Assembly: GCA_963708025.1 (NCBI GenBank)
Contig: CAVPSB010000018.1
Coordinates: forward strand, 32,001-96,000
Direction: 5' to 3'
Source: an uncultured Candidatus Rokubacteria bacterium
GTDB taxonomy: Bacteria > Methylomirabilota > Methylomirabilia > Rokubacteriales > DASRDR01
DNA length: 64,000 nt
The translations under genes and the position numbers were made by a program. This document shows, one piece after another, positions 42,599 to 52,791 of this stretch. Within the stretch, counting starts at the first letter, position 1. Each line of letters begins with the position of its first letter. Below the pieces are notes generated by a model, which was not told the origin of the DNA, searched no databases, and saw only the letters and a program-made list of their open reading frames with translations.

Positions 42599-45500
42599 AT
42601 GACCTGCGCCGGCTGCGCGTTCGAGGCGCCGCCCGACTTCGCCTTCTGCCCGCGCTGCGGCGCCCGGCTCGGCGCCGCGCCGGCGGCGTCCAGGGCCGCG
42701 GCGCCGGAGGTGGGCGCCCGAGCCTCGCCGCCCGGCCCGGCGGAGGGCGACACGGACCGCCGCTCGGTCAGCGTCCTCTTCGCCGACCTCTCCGGCTTCA
42801 CCGCCCTCGGGGAGTCGCTCGATCCCGAAGACATCCGGACCTTCCAGGACGACCTGTTCCGCGAGATGCGCGCCGCGATCGAGCGGTACGAGGGCTTCGT
42901 CGAGAAGTTCGTCGGCGACGCCGTGATGGCGGTGTTCGGTGCGCCGACCGCCCACGAGGACGATCCCGAGCGCGCGCTCCGGGCGGCGCTCGCGATGCAC
43001 GAGCGGATGGCCGCCCTGGACGGCGTCTGGGCGCGGCGCCTCGGCCGCGCCCTCGCGCTCCACGTGGGCGTCAACACCGGCCCCGTCGTCGCCGGCACCC
43101 TGGGCGCGGGCGACGGCGCCTACGCGGTGACCGGGGACACCGTGAACACGGCGGCCCGGCTCCAGCAAGCCGCCGCGCCGGGCCAGACGCTGGCCAGCCG
43201 CGCCACCTACCTGCTCACGCAGCACGCGTTCGCCTTCGAGCCTGCGGGCGAGCTGCGGCTCCGGGGGAAGGCCGAGCCGCTGACCGCGTTTCGCGTGCTG
43301 GGCGCGCTGGAGACACCGCGGTCCCCGCGCGGGCTCGAGGCGCACGGCCTCGCCGTCCCGCTCGTCGGGCGCGACGCGGAGCTCGGCCGCCTGCAGGCGG
43401 CGTTCGACGGGGTCGCCGGGGGACGCGCCGAGGTCGTCAGCCTCGTCGGCGAGGCGGGGATGGGCAAGTCCCGGCTCGTCAACGAGTTCTTCGCGCGGCT
43501 GGAGGCGAGCGGCCGCCTCCGGAGCGCCACGGTGCGCCGGGCCGCCTGCTCCGCGCTGGGCGAGCGAACGTACGGCGTGCTCGCCGCCTTCTTCCGGGAG
43601 GGGTACGGCATCACGGCGACCGATTCGCTGGAGGCGGCCCGCCGGAAGCTGGCGGCCGGGCTCGAGGCCCTGGGCGCCGGCGCCGAGGAGCGCGACCGCC
43701 TGTCGGCGGTCGTCGGGTACGTGCTCGGGCTTCCGTCCGACGAGGCCACGCCGCAGCTGGACCCCGAGCAGCTCAAGCGCCAGATCTTCTACGCGACGCG
43801 CGGGCTACTCGAGCGGACGATGACACGGGGTCCGCTCGTCCTGCTCGTGGAGGACCTGCACTGGGCCGACGCGGCCTCCGTCGAGCTGCTCGGCGTGATG
43901 GCCGACCGGCTCGCCGACCGGCCGCTGCTGCTCCTGGTCACCTGCCGGCCGAGCTTCGATGCGTTGACGCTCCGCACCGGCCGGGCGAGCCACACGACGC
44001 TGCGCCTCGCTCCGCTCTCCGCCGACGACGGCACCGCGCTCCTCGACACGCTCTTCGGCCCGTCGGCGCGCGCGCTGCCCGCGACCCTGCGCGAGCAGGT
44101 CGTCGGGCGTGCGGGCGGCAACCCGTTCTATCTGGAGGAGTTGATTCGGGAGCTGATCGACGGGGGTGTGCTCGTCCGGACGGACGAGGGCTGGGCGTGC
44201 GCCGGCGAGGCCGCCGCCGTCGAGGTGCCGGTGACGGTCCAGGGGCTGATCCTCTCCCGACTCGACCGCCTTCCGGGTACGGCCCGGCGGCTCGCCCAGG
44301 AGGCCGCCGTCCTCGGTCCCGCGTTCGACGCGCGGCTGCTCGGCCTCGTCGCCGGTGACCCGTCGGGGTGCGAGGCCGGCCTCCAGGTCCTCGAGCGCGC
44401 CGGGCTGATCGCGCCGCCGGCCGCGTCCGGGCGCTACGCGTTCGGTCACGCGATGGTCCAGGAGGCGATCTACCAGAACCTGCTCCTGCGGCGCCGCCTG
44501 GAGCTTCACGGCCGGGCAGCGCGGGCGCTCGAGGGCTTGGGCGCCGGCGGGGAGCGCCCGGCGCGGCTCGAGGACCTCGAAGCCCTCGGGCACCACTTCA
44601 GCTTGAGCGCCGACAAGCTTCCCGGCGCCCGCTACCTCACGAAGGCCGGGGACTGGGCCCGGGCGGTCTACGCCAACGAGGACGCGATCCGCCACTACGA
44701 GCGGGCGCTTCGGACGCTGGCGGAGTGCGAGGGCGACGAGACTGAGCGACTCCTCGTGGAGGAGCGGCTCGCGGACCTGCTCGGCCTCACCGGCCGGCGC
44801 CCCGCGGCGATCGAGCGCTTCACGACGGTCCGCCGGCTGGCGGAAGCGGCCGGCGACCGGGCCACCCAGGCCCGGAGTCACCGCAAGGCGGCGGGGCTCC
44901 ACTGGGACGCCGGCGAGCGCGACGCGGCGCTCGGCTGTCTGCGGGCGGGGCTGGGCCTCCTCGACGGGATCGAGCACATCGAGCGCGCCCACCTCTACCA
45001 GGAGATGGGCCGGCTGGCCTTCCGGAGCGGCGACAGCGCCGCCGCGCTGGAATGGGCCGAGCGGGCGCTCGCCGAGGGCGAGCGGCTCGGCGCCGACTCG
45101 GACGAGGCGCGGACGGAGACCGCGGCCGCCATCGCGCACGCCCACAACACCCGCGGCGTGGCGCTCGCCCGGCTGGGCCGCCTCGACGAGGCCGTCGGGC
45201 AGATCGAGCGGGGCGTCGAGGTCGCCCGCCGCCACGACCTGCTCCAGGTCGCGTGCCGCGGCTACGCCAACCTGGGGGTCGTCTACAGCAGTCTCGATCC
45301 CGGCCGGGCGATCGAGACCTGCCAGAGCGGGCTCGAGATCGCGCGGAAGATCGGCGACCTCGGCTTCCAGTCCCGCCTCTACGCGAACCTGGCCGTCGCG
45401 TACTGCGCCTTGACGAACCGCTGCGACGACGACGGCGTCGCCGCCGCCCAGGCGGCGATCGAGCTGGACCGGCAGCTCGGCCAGCTCGACCACCTGGCGG

Positions 45501-45763
45501 TGCCGTTGATCGTCCTCGGCCAGATCTACCAGTGTCACGGTGAGCCCGAGCGCGCGCGGCGGTACTATATGGAAGCGCTCGGCCTCGCCGAGGAAGTCCG
45601 GGAGCCCCAGCTCCTCTTCCCGTGCTACGACGGGCTGGCCACGCTGTACCTGGATCGGGGGGACCACGCCCGCGCCGAGGAGTACATGCGAAAGGCCCAG
45701 GAGGTGTGCGAGCGAGCCGGGGTGGAGCCGGACGCGCTCATGGTTCTACCGTTTCTCTGCTAG
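42599..45763 (+). CDS. Zinc ribbon-adenylate/guanylate cyclase-AAA ATPase-TPR protein
   Basis: CxxC..CPRCG, VLFADLSGFT, KFVGDAVMA, GDTVNTAARL, GEAGMGKS, EDLHWAD, GGNPFY, TPR-like tail. Confidence 0.92.
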   Translation: MTCAGCAFEAPPDFAFCPRCGARLGAAPAASRAAAPEVGARASPPGPAEGDTDRRSVSVLFADLSGFTALGESLDPEDIRTFQDDLFREMRAAIERYEGFVEKFVGDAVMAVFGAPTAHEDDPERALRAALAMHERMAALDGVWARRLGRALALHVGVNTGPVVAGTLGAGDGAYAVTGDTVNTAARLQQAAAPGQTLASRATYLLTQHAFAFEPAGELRLRGKAEPLTAFRVLGALETPRSPRGLEAHGLAVPLVGRDAELGRLQAAFDGVAGGRAEVVSLVGEAGMGKSRLVNEFFARLEASGRLRSATVRRAACSALGERTYGVLAAFFREGYGITATDSLEAARRKLAAGLEALGAGAEERDRLSAVVGYVLGLPSDEATPQLDPEQLKRQIFYATRGLLERTMTRGPLVLLVEDLHWADAASVELLGVMADRLADRPLLLLVTCRPSFDALTLRTGRASHTTLRLAPLSADDGTALLDTLFGPSARALPATLREQVVGRAGGNPFYLEELIRELIDGGVLVRTDEGWACAGEAAAVEVPVTVQGLILSRLDRLPGTARRLAQEAAVLGPAFDARLLGLVAGDPSGCEAGLQVLERAGLIAPPAASGRYAFGHAMVQEAIYQNLLLRRRLELHGRAARALEGLGAGGERPARLEDLEALGHHFSLSADKLPGARYLTKAGDWARAVYANEDAIRHYERALRTLAECEGDETERLLVEERLADLLGLTGRRPAAIERFTTVRRLAEAAGDRATQARSHRKAAGLHWDAGERDAALGCLRAGLGLLDGIEHIERAHLYQEMGRLAFRSGDSAAALEWAERALAEGERLGADSDEARTETAAAIAHAHNTRGVALARLGRLDEAVGQIERGVEVARRHDLLQVACRGYANLGVVYSSLDPGRAIETCQSGLEIARKIGDLGFQSRLYANLAVAYCALTNRCDDDGVAAAQAAIELDRQLGQLDHLAVPLIVLGQIYQCHGEPERARRYYMEALGLAEEVREPQLLFPCYDGLATLYLDRGDHARAEEYMRKAQEVCERAGVEPDALMVLPFLC

Positions 45764-45780
45764 GGAGGTCTGGAGGAGAG

Positions 45781-46443
45781 ATGTCAGGGAATCACGCGAC
45801 CGAACTGCCGCCGTCCCTCCAACCGGGGGAGCCGGCGCCGAACTTCACCCTGGGCGCGATCCACAAGGAGGGCACCGTCTCGCTCGCCGACTACCGGGGG
45901 CGGAGCCCGCTCCTGCTGGCGCTCTTCCGCGGGCTCTACTGCCCTTTCTGCCGGCGCGGCATCGCCAAGCTCGGCATGACGACGGAGAAGCTCGAGCGAC
46001 TCGGCGTCGAGACGCTCGCCGTCGTGGCCACCGAGGTCGAGCGGGCCCGCCTGTACTTCCGGTACCGGCCGACCCGGCTGCCCCTCGCCGCGGACCCCGG
46101 TCTCACGCTGTTCCGGGCGTTCCGGGTGCCCAAGCCGGAAGCGACGCCCGAGCTGCTCAAGGGTGTCCAGACCATGCTGGTGAACCCGACCGGCGAGCTG
46201 CCCCAGCCCATGAACCTCCACGACGTGGCCAATGCCCTCGACGCGAAGGACGGCTTCGAGTGGACCCCGGCCGACAACGAGGAGTCGGAGCGGCAGTTCC
46301 CCCAGCTCGTGGGCCAGTTCCTCCTCGACCGGACGGGGACCATCCGGTGGGTGAACATCGAGGCCACCGAGGGCCTGGCCGGGCTGGGGAAGTTCCCGAC
46401 CGAGGAGGAGTTCCTCGCCGCGGCCGCGACCGTGACCGGCTAG
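45781..46443 (+). CDS. Redoxin/AhpC-TSA family protein
   Basis: GEPAPNFTL, SLADYRG, FRGLYCPFC; RBS GGAGGAG. Confidence 0.85.
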   Translation: MSGNHATELPPSLQPGEPAPNFTLGAIHKEGTVSLADYRGRSPLLLALFRGLYCPFCRRGIAKLGMTTEKLERLGVETLAVVATEVERARLYFRYRPTRLPLAADPGLTLFRAFRVPKPEATPELLKGVQTMLVNPTGELPQPMNLHDVANALDAKDGFEWTPADNEESERQFPQLVGQFLLDRTGTIRWVNIEATEGLAGLGKFPTEEEFLAAAATVTG

Positions 46444-46501
46444 CCCCCCATCCGAAATTCCTGATGCCACGAAGCCGCGACGATCGGGGCTCCTATCCGC
46501 T

Positions 46502-46529
46502 CCCTCTCCCTCCCTCGGGAGGGAGAGGG
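46502..46529. repeat. Perfect 13-bp G/C hairpin (REP-like)
   Basis: CCCTCTCCCTCCC-TC-GGGAGGGAGAGGG. Confidence 0.7.
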
Positions 46530-46563
46530 TAAGAGGGGTTCGGGGTCGTCTCATTCCTTCGCA

Positions 46564-47430
46564 TTGGGGCTAGCGACGACCTTGGGCGGGAGCATCCTCT
46601 CGATCCAGTCGTCGGTGGCCTACGGGTACGTCGGCAACCGTGCGGCGGTGTTTCTCCTCCAGCGCCTGGGCTTCGAGGTCTGGCCCCTCGACACCGTGAG
46701 CTTCAGCAACCATCCCGGCCACCCGACCGTGCGGGGCCGCGTCGTCCCGGCCGCCGAGATCCGGTCGCTCCTCGGCGGGATCGCCGAGCTCGGCGTCCTC
46801 GCCCGCTGCGACGCGGTGCTCTCCGGCTACCTGGGCGACCCCGACACGGCGGACGTCGTCCTGGAGGCGGCCACCCGCGTCAAGGCCGAGCACGCCGGCG
46901 CCCTCTACTGCTGCGACCCCGTGATGGGCGACGCGGAGAAGGGGCTGTACGTGGCCAAGGAGCTGCCCGCGCGCTTCCGCGACCGGCTCCTCCCGGCCGC
47001 CGACATCGTGACCCCCAACACCATCGAGCTCGAGCACCTTACCGGTCTCCGCGTGACGACGGAAGCGGAAGCGCTCGCCGCGGCCGACGCCGCGCGCCGC
47101 CGCGGTCCCAGCATCGTGGTCGTGACCGGGCTCCGCCAGGCGTCCGGCGCGAGCCTGGCCACGCTCGCCGTGGCCGACGACGGCGTCTGGGTCGCTCGCG
47201 CCCCGCGGCGGGACCGCCATGCCCACGGCGCCGGCGACGCCTTCACCGCGGTGTTCCTCGGCGCCTACCTGCGCCACCGCCAGGTGCCCCGGGCCCTCGC
47301 ATTCGCGGTGGGCGCCCTGGAGGCGATCTTCGCGACGCCCGGGCCGCCGGGCTCCGCCGACCTGCCGATCGTGGCGGCCGGCGACCGGGTCGCGGCCGCC
47401 GCCGAGGTGCCGGTCGAGCGCCTGCGGTAG
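46564..47430 (+). CDS. pdxY: Pyridoxal kinase
   Basis: ILSIQSSVAYGYVGN, FSNHPG, LSGYLG, CDPVMGD, TPN, GAGD. Confidence 0.92.
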   Translation: MGLATTLGGSILSIQSSVAYGYVGNRAAVFLLQRLGFEVWPLDTVSFSNHPGHPTVRGRVVPAAEIRSLLGGIAELGVLARCDAVLSGYLGDPDTADVVLEAATRVKAEHAGALYCCDPVMGDAEKGLYVAKELPARFRDRLLPAADIVTPNTIELEHLTGLRVTTEAEALAAADAARRRGPSIVVVTGLRQASGASLATLAVADDGVWVARAPRRDRHAHGAGDAFTAVFLGAYLRHRQVPRALAFAVGALEAIFATPGPPGSADLPIVAAGDRVAAAAEVPVERLR

Positions 47431-47494
47431 GGTCGGTATATCCTAGGAGGGCCACACCGGACCGGCTGACGCCCGGAGGACAAAGGGGGGCTCC

Positions 47495-48616
47495 ATGGAC
47501 TGGCGCAGGATCGAGCGGTTGGTGGAGACATATCACGCGGGCGCGATCGGCCGGCGGGAGTTTGGCCGGCAGGCGCTCCGGCTCGGCGTCGGCGCCTCGG
47601 CGCTCCCGGCCCTGCTGACGAGCGTGTTCGGCCGGCGGGCCGACGCCCAGCCCCTCCGGGGGTCGGGCGAGGTCGTCGTCTGCACGTGGGGCGGGAGCTA
47701 CGCGGAGGCCCAGAAGAAGGCCTTCTTCGAGCCGTTCGAGAAGGAGAGCGGCATCCGCGTGCGGGTCGTCGGCGTGCCGGATCTCGCCAAGCTCCACGCG
47801 ATGGTCTCGAACAAGGCGGTCGAGTGGGACCTGGTTGACGGCGAGGGCCAGATGATGCTCCGGCTGGCGGCCCAGGACATGCTCGAGCGCGCGGACTACT
47901 CGATCATCCCGCGGGCCGACCTGATCCCCGAGCTGGCGACCGACTGGGGGATCGGGTCCGTCGCCTACTCCTACGTGGTGGGCTGGAGCAAGAAGACCTA
48001 CGGGGCGAAGGAGCCGACCGGCTGGAAGGACTTCTTCGACGCGGCGGCGTTCCCGGGGCGGCGGGCCATGTACGCCCAGCCGCTGCCGGCGCTCGAGCTG
48101 GCGCTGCTCGCGGCCGGGAACCCCATCGACAAGCTCTACCCGCTCGACGTGGACCGGGCCTTCAAGCTCCTCGAGCAGCACAAGCCGCTGGTCAACGTCT
48201 GGTACAAGAGCATCACCCAGATCCCGACCCTCATGCGGGGCGAGGAGGTCGACCTCATCGAGGCCACCAGCACCCGGATGATCGAGCTCGGGCGGAGCGG
48301 GGCGCCGGTGGGCTGGACCTGGAACCAGGGCGCCTGGATGCAGTCGTTCTGGATCACCCCCAAGGGCGCGCCCAACCGCGAGAACGCGATGAAGCTGATG
48401 GCCTTCTACACGCGACCCGAGCCTGAGGCCCAGTTCGTCCAGGCGTTCCCGTTGGGCATGCCGAGCCGGAAGGCCTACGCGCTGATGCCGAAGGAGACGC
48501 TGGCCATGCTTCCCACGTCCCCCGGGAACATCGAGCGCCAGTTCCGGGTCAACGCCGCCTGGTGGGCGAAAAACGTGGAGGAGATCACCAAGCGCTGGCT
48601 CGCGTTCGTGGGCTAG
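47495..48616 (+). CDS. PotD-like ABC substrate-binding protein
   Basis: RREF Tat-like leader, TWGGSY, WKDFFD..FPGRR, LYPLDVDRAF. Confidence 0.9.
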   Translation: MDWRRIERLVETYHAGAIGRREFGRQALRLGVGASALPALLTSVFGRRADAQPLRGSGEVVVCTWGGSYAEAQKKAFFEPFEKESGIRVRVVGVPDLAKLHAMVSNKAVEWDLVDGEGQMMLRLAAQDMLERADYSIIPRADLIPELATDWGIGSVAYSYVVGWSKKTYGAKEPTGWKDFFDAAAFPGRRAMYAQPLPALELALLAAGNPIDKLYPLDVDRAFKLLEQHKPLVNVWYKSITQIPTLMRGEEVDLIEATSTRMIELGRSGAPVGWTWNQGAWMQSFWITPKGAPNRENAMKLMAFYTRPEPEAQFVQAFPLGMPSRKAYALMPKETLAMLPTSPGNIERQFRVNAAWWAKNVEEITKRWLAFVG

Positions 48617-48641
48617 TGACGCGCTCCGGCGCATCGCGGGG

Positions 48642-48733
48642 CCTCCGGCTCCCCCCTCCCCTCCGGCCAAAGGCCGAAGGCCGTCCAACGGTGGGGAGGA
48701 GGAGGTGTGAGGGGGTAGGCGGGAGGTCCCGAA
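48642..48733 (+). repeat. G/C-rich palindromic intergenic repeat, long form
   Basis: CCTCCGGCTCCCCCCTCCC...CAAAGGCCGAAGGCCGTCC...GGGAGGTCCCGAA. Confidence 0.8.
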
Positions 48734-49582
48734 ATGAGCCGGACCGCGGCCCTGCGCGGCCTCCTGCCGCTCCTGCCCCTCCTCCTGTTCCTCCTCGTCC
48801 TCCTCGTCGTCCCCGTCGGCCGGATGCTCGGGGCCGGCCTGGCCGCGGAGGGCGGCCCGGCGGCCTTCCGGGAGCTGGTGACCGTCCCCCTCTATCGCGA
48901 CGTCCTGCTCCGAACCCTCCGCATCAGCGTCACGGTCACCCTGGCCTGCCTGCTCCTCGGCTACCCGGTGGCCTACACCCTCGCCACCGCCCCCCGGTGG
49001 CTGGCGGCGCCGCTCCTGGTGCTGGTCGTCGTCCCGTTCTGGATCAGCGTCCTGGCCCGGAGCTTCACCTGGCTCGTGCTGCTGCAGCGGAACGGCGTGG
49101 TCAACCAGCTCCTGCAGGCCGCCGGGCTCGCCCGCGCGCCGCTGCCGCTCGTCTACAACGAGCTCGGCGTCCACGTGGGGATGATCCACATCCTGCTGCC
49201 GTACATGATCCTGTCGCTCTACGGCGTCATGCGCGGGATCGATCCCTCCCTCCTCAGGGCCGCCGCCAACCTGGGCGCGACCGAGTGGCAGGCGTTCCGC
49301 CGCGTGTACCTCCCGCTGAGCCTGCCCGGGGTGGCGGCCGGCAGCGTGCTGCTCTTCGTCCTCGGCCTCGGCTTCTTCATCACGCCGGCGCTCCTCGGGG
49401 GCGGCAAGGTGACGATGGTCGCGGTGCTCATCGAGGCGAACGTCCGCGAGGCCCTGAACTGGCCGCTCGTGGCCGCGCTCTCGCTCGGGCTCCTGGCGGC
49501 GACGGTCCTCGTGCTCCTTCCGTCGTCCCGGGTCCTCCGCTTCGAGCGGCTGTTCGGGGCCGGGGCGGCCGAGCGCGCGTGA
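48734..49582 (+). CDS. PotB-like ABC permease
   Basis: LGYPVAY, PFWISVLAR, LPYMILSL, AAANLGA, FFITPALLGG. Confidence 0.92.
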   Translation: MSRTAALRGLLPLLPLLLFLLVLLVVPVGRMLGAGLAAEGGPAAFRELVTVPLYRDVLLRTLRISVTVTLACLLLGYPVAYTLATAPRWLAAPLLVLVVVPFWISVLARSFTWLVLLQRNGVVNQLLQAAGLARAPLPLVYNELGVHVGMIHILLPYMILSLYGVMRGIDPSLLRAAANLGATEWQAFRRVYLPLSLPGVAAGSVLLFVLGLGFFITPALLGGGKVTMVAVLIEANVREALNWPLVAALSLGLLAATVLVLLPSSRVLRFERLFGAGAAERA

Positions 49583-49589
49583 GGCGGCG

Positions 49590-51524
49590 ATGAGGGCCGC
49601 GATGGGGGCGATCACGATCGTCGTGGTCCTCTTCCTCGCCCTGCCCGTCCTCGCGCTCCTGCCCATGTCGCTCAGCGGGACCCGCTGGCTCGCGCTGCCC
49701 CCGCGCGACCTGTCGCTCCGCTGGTACGTGGGCTTCTTCACCGACCGGGACTGGATGGAGGCGACGCTCGTGAGCCTGAGGGTGGCCGGGGCGGCCACCG
49801 CGCTCGCCGTCACGCTTGGGACCCTGGCCGGCGTCGGGCTCGCCCGGGGCCGGTTCGCTGGCCGGGGGCTGGTCCGCAGCCTGGCGCTCTCGCCGCTCGT
49901 CGTGCCCGTGATGGTGCTGGCCGTCTCGCTCTACTACGTCTTCGGGCGCATGGGCCTGGTCGGGACGCTGACCGGCCTGGTCCTGGCCCACGCGCTCCTC
50001 GGCGTCCCGTACGTCGTCCTGAACGTCGAGGCGGTGATGCGGACCTTCGACGTGCGGCTCGAGCGGGCGGCCCGGATGCTGGGCGCCGGCGCCTGGCAGA
50101 CCTTCTGGAAGGTGACGCTGCCGCTCATCCGGGCCGGGGTGCTGGCGGGGGCGCTGTTCGCCTTCATCGCCTCGCTGGACGAGGTGGTGGTCGCGATGTT
50201 CCTGAGCGGGACGCGTGCGATCACGCTGCCGAAGCTCATGTGGGACAGCATCACCCAGGACGAGCTGAACCCGGTGGTGACCGCGGTCGCCTCGCTCCAG
50301 ATCGGCGTCGTCGTCCTCGCCTTCGCGGCGAGCGAGCTCGTCCGCCTGCGGAGTGCCCGGCTGGCCCTCGCCGGCCCATCGGGCGCGATGGATGCCGCGG
50401 GCGCGGCGGGCGCCACGGCCGGGCCGGCGCCCGCGGGCGGAGCGCCGCGCCCGGCGCCCCTGCGGCTCGTCGGGCTGAGCAAGCGCTTCGGCGAGGTGGT
50501 CGCGCTGGAGGCGGCCACGCTCGACGTCCAGTCCGGCGAGTTCCTGACGCTGCTCGGTCCCAGTGGCTCCGGCAAGACGACCCTGCTCAACCTGGTGGCG
50601 GGATTCGAGCCGCCGACCACCGGCGAGATTTTCCTGGGCGACCGGCCGATCACCCGGGAGCCGCCCAACCGGCGCGGCATCGGGATGGTGTTCCAGGACT
50701 TCGCCCTCTTTCCGCACCTGACCGTCTTCGAGAACGTGGCGTTCCCGCTGCGCCTCCGGCGGCAGCCGGAGGCCGAGATCCGGTCACGGGTCGGTGCGCT
50801 CCTCGAGATGGTGCGCCTGGAGGGGTACGGGGACCGGTCCCCGCGCCAGCTCTCCGGCGGGCAGCAGCAGCGCGTCGCCCTGGCCCGGGCGCTGGCCTTC
50901 CGCCCGCCGCTCCTCCTCATGGACGAGCCGTTCGGCGCGCTCGACCGGAACCTGCGCGAGCGCATGCAGGTCGAGCTCCGGCAGCTCCACCGGCGGCTTG
51001 GCATCACGGTCCTGTTCGTGACCCACGATCAGGAGGAGGCGATGGCGCTCTCCGACCGGATCGTGGTGATCGACCGCGGCCGCATCCAGCAGGTGGGCCG
51101 GCCGGCCGAGCTCTACGAGGTGCCGGCCAATCCGTTCGTCGCCGGCTTCCTCGGGGAGTCCAACCTCCTCCGCTGCGCGGTCCTCGGCGTCGACGGAGGG
51201 CTCTGGCGGGTGCGGAGCGCCGGCGGCACGGACTTCCTCGTGGCGCGGCCGGGCTCGGGGCCGGGAGAGCCCGGCGCCGCCCGGCACCTCGTCCTTCGCC
51301 CGGAAGCGCTGGGACTCCAGGCCGGTGAGCCGGCGGGCGCCCCCGCCGTCCGGGGCGTGGTGGAGGAGGCGATCTACCTGGGGACCATGGTCAAGTACCT
51401 AGTGCGGATCAACCCGGGCGAGGTCCTCGTCGTGCGTGCCCCGAAGGCGCCGGGAGCCGCCCTGCTGGCCCCGGGCACGAACGTGCGGGTGGAGTGGCAA
51501 CCTCAGGACCTTCTCTTGCTGTGA
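49590..51524 (+). CDS. Fused PotC-like permease and PotA-like ATPase
   Basis: ERAARMLGA, SLDEVVV, TLPK, then GPSGSGKT, LSGGQQQR, MDEP, VTHDQ and TOBE tail in one frame. Confidence 0.88.
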   Translation: MRAAMGAITIVVVLFLALPVLALLPMSLSGTRWLALPPRDLSLRWYVGFFTDRDWMEATLVSLRVAGAATALAVTLGTLAGVGLARGRFAGRGLVRSLALSPLVVPVMVLAVSLYYVFGRMGLVGTLTGLVLAHALLGVPYVVLNVEAVMRTFDVRLERAARMLGAGAWQTFWKVTLPLIRAGVLAGALFAFIASLDEVVVAMFLSGTRAITLPKLMWDSITQDELNPVVTAVASLQIGVVVLAFAASELVRLRSARLALAGPSGAMDAAGAAGATAGPAPAGGAPRPAPLRLVGLSKRFGEVVALEAATLDVQSGEFLTLLGPSGSGKTTLLNLVAGFEPPTTGEIFLGDRPITREPPNRRGIGMVFQDFALFPHLTVFENVAFPLRLRRQPEAEIRSRVGALLEMVRLEGYGDRSPRQLSGGQQQRVALARALAFRPPLLLMDEPFGALDRNLRERMQVELRQLHRRLGITVLFVTHDQEEAMALSDRIVVIDRGRIQQVGRPAELYEVPANPFVAGFLGESNLLRCAVLGVDGGLWRVRSAGGTDFLVARPGSGPGEPGAARHLVLRPEALGLQAGEPAGAPAVRGVVEEAIYLGTMVKYLVRINPGEVLVVRAPKAPGAALLAPGTNVRVEWQPQDLLLL

Positions 51525-51589
51525 GGTGGCCGGTCGCCGCTTGCCCGGGTTTCCCGCTTCGTCTATAAGATCTACGAGGACGTCGCCAT

Positions 51590-51944
51590 CGGCGGGGGCA
51601 CCGACTCCCTCTGCATCACGATGAGCAGCAAGAACGTCAAGGAGGCCTGGGAGCTGCTCAAGTTCCTGAGCGACGAGCAGTCGGGGGTGACCGTCTGGAA
51701 GATCCACGGAAAGTTCCCGGCCAACGTCCGGGCCATGCAGCGGCCGGAGCTGCGAAGCGATCCGATCGTCATGGCCTTCGAGCCGATGATCCAGGTGGCC
51801 CGGGTGCCGTTCAAGAGCGTCAAGTACGTCGAGATCACAAACGCGCTGGGGACCATGCAACAGGAGGTCCTGACCGGCGCCAAGCCGACGGCGGCCGTCG
51901 TCAAGGCCGCCGCGGACCGGATCGACAGCATCCTGCGGGATTGA
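51590..51944 (+). pseudogene. C-terminal fragment of sugar-type ABC substrate-binding protein
   Basis: GGGTDSLCIT.SSKNVKEAWELLKFL...QEVLTGAKP..VKAAADRID.IL; no signal peptide. Confidence 0.65.
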
Positions 51945-51973
51945 GCGGGCCGGCGGCGGCGCCCCTGCCCGGA

Positions 51974-52025
51974 CCTCCGGCTCCCCCTCCCCCGGTGGGT
52001 GGGGGAGGGGCCGGAGGGGTCCGAA
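51974..52025 (+). repeat. G/C-rich palindromic repeat, short form
   Basis: CCTCCGGCTCCCCCTCCCCCGGTGGGTGGGGGAGGGGCCGGAGG..CCGAA. Confidence 0.8.
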
Positions 52026-52153
52026 CGAACGGAGGACCCGGGGGCATGGCGAGTGGCGCGGCGCGCCTCCCGGCCGGCGGCACCAGGGTGGGCGCGGCGA
52101 GTGGGGTTCAGAGGCTCTTGGAAAGGGCTACCGACTTCGAGTAGGCTTGCGAC

Positions 52154-52750
52154 GTGCGACTCTTCGTCATCGCCCGGCACGGCCAGTCGGTCCTGAACGT
52201 CGAGAAGCGGGTCAACGGCGACCCGAGCCGCCCGGTTGCCCTGACGGCCCAGGGGGAGAAGGAGGCCAGGCTCCTCGGTCTCCAGGTCGCCAACCTCGCC
52301 TTCGACGTCTGCATGCACACGCGCTTCGGCCGGACCCGCCGGACCGCCGAGATCGCGCTCGGCCCCCGCGCCGGGACCATCCCGTACGTGGAGGAGCCAC
52401 TCTTCGACGACGTGAAGATCGGCGACTTCGACGGCGCGCTGACGTCGGACTACCGGAAGTGGAAGGCAGGCAAGACCCGGCGGGACCGCTTCCCCAACGG
52501 GGAGACCCTGGTCGAGGCGGCCGAGCGCTACGCCGCCGGCTACCAGCGGCTGGTCGAGAGCCCGTACAAGACGGTGCTGCTGGTCTGCCACGACATCCCG
52601 CTGCGCTACGTCCTGAACGCGGCCACGGGCTCCCACTGGCTGGACGGGCCCATCCACGACGTCCCCAATGCCACCGCCTTCATCTTCGACGAGACGGCGC
52701 TCCGCCGCGCCGCCCCCCGGATCCGGGAGCTGGCCGCCGTCGAGAAGTGA
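52154..52750 (+). CDS. Histidine phosphatase (PGAM family)
   Basis: ARHGQS..N, RT..TA, PNGET, LVCH, PNA. Confidence 0.9.
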   Translation: MRLFVIARHGQSVLNVEKRVNGDPSRPVALTAQGEKEARLLGLQVANLAFDVCMHTRFGRTRRTAEIALGPRAGTIPYVEEPLFDDVKIGDFDGALTSDYRKWKAGKTRRDRFPNGETLVEAAERYAAGYQRLVESPYKTVLLVCHDIPLRYVLNAATGSHWLDGPIHDVPNATAFIFDETALRRAAPRIRELAAVEK

Positions 52751-52791
52751 CCGCGGCGCCCCGCCCGGAGCGGCGCTTCACACGCTCCGGA

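Noticed and set aside
47243-49813. Very long antisense/shadow ORFs (also 7744-10017, 43805-45667, 60244-62493)
   Set aside because: Overlap well-supported genes, lack motifs, and are expected in very GC-rich DNA
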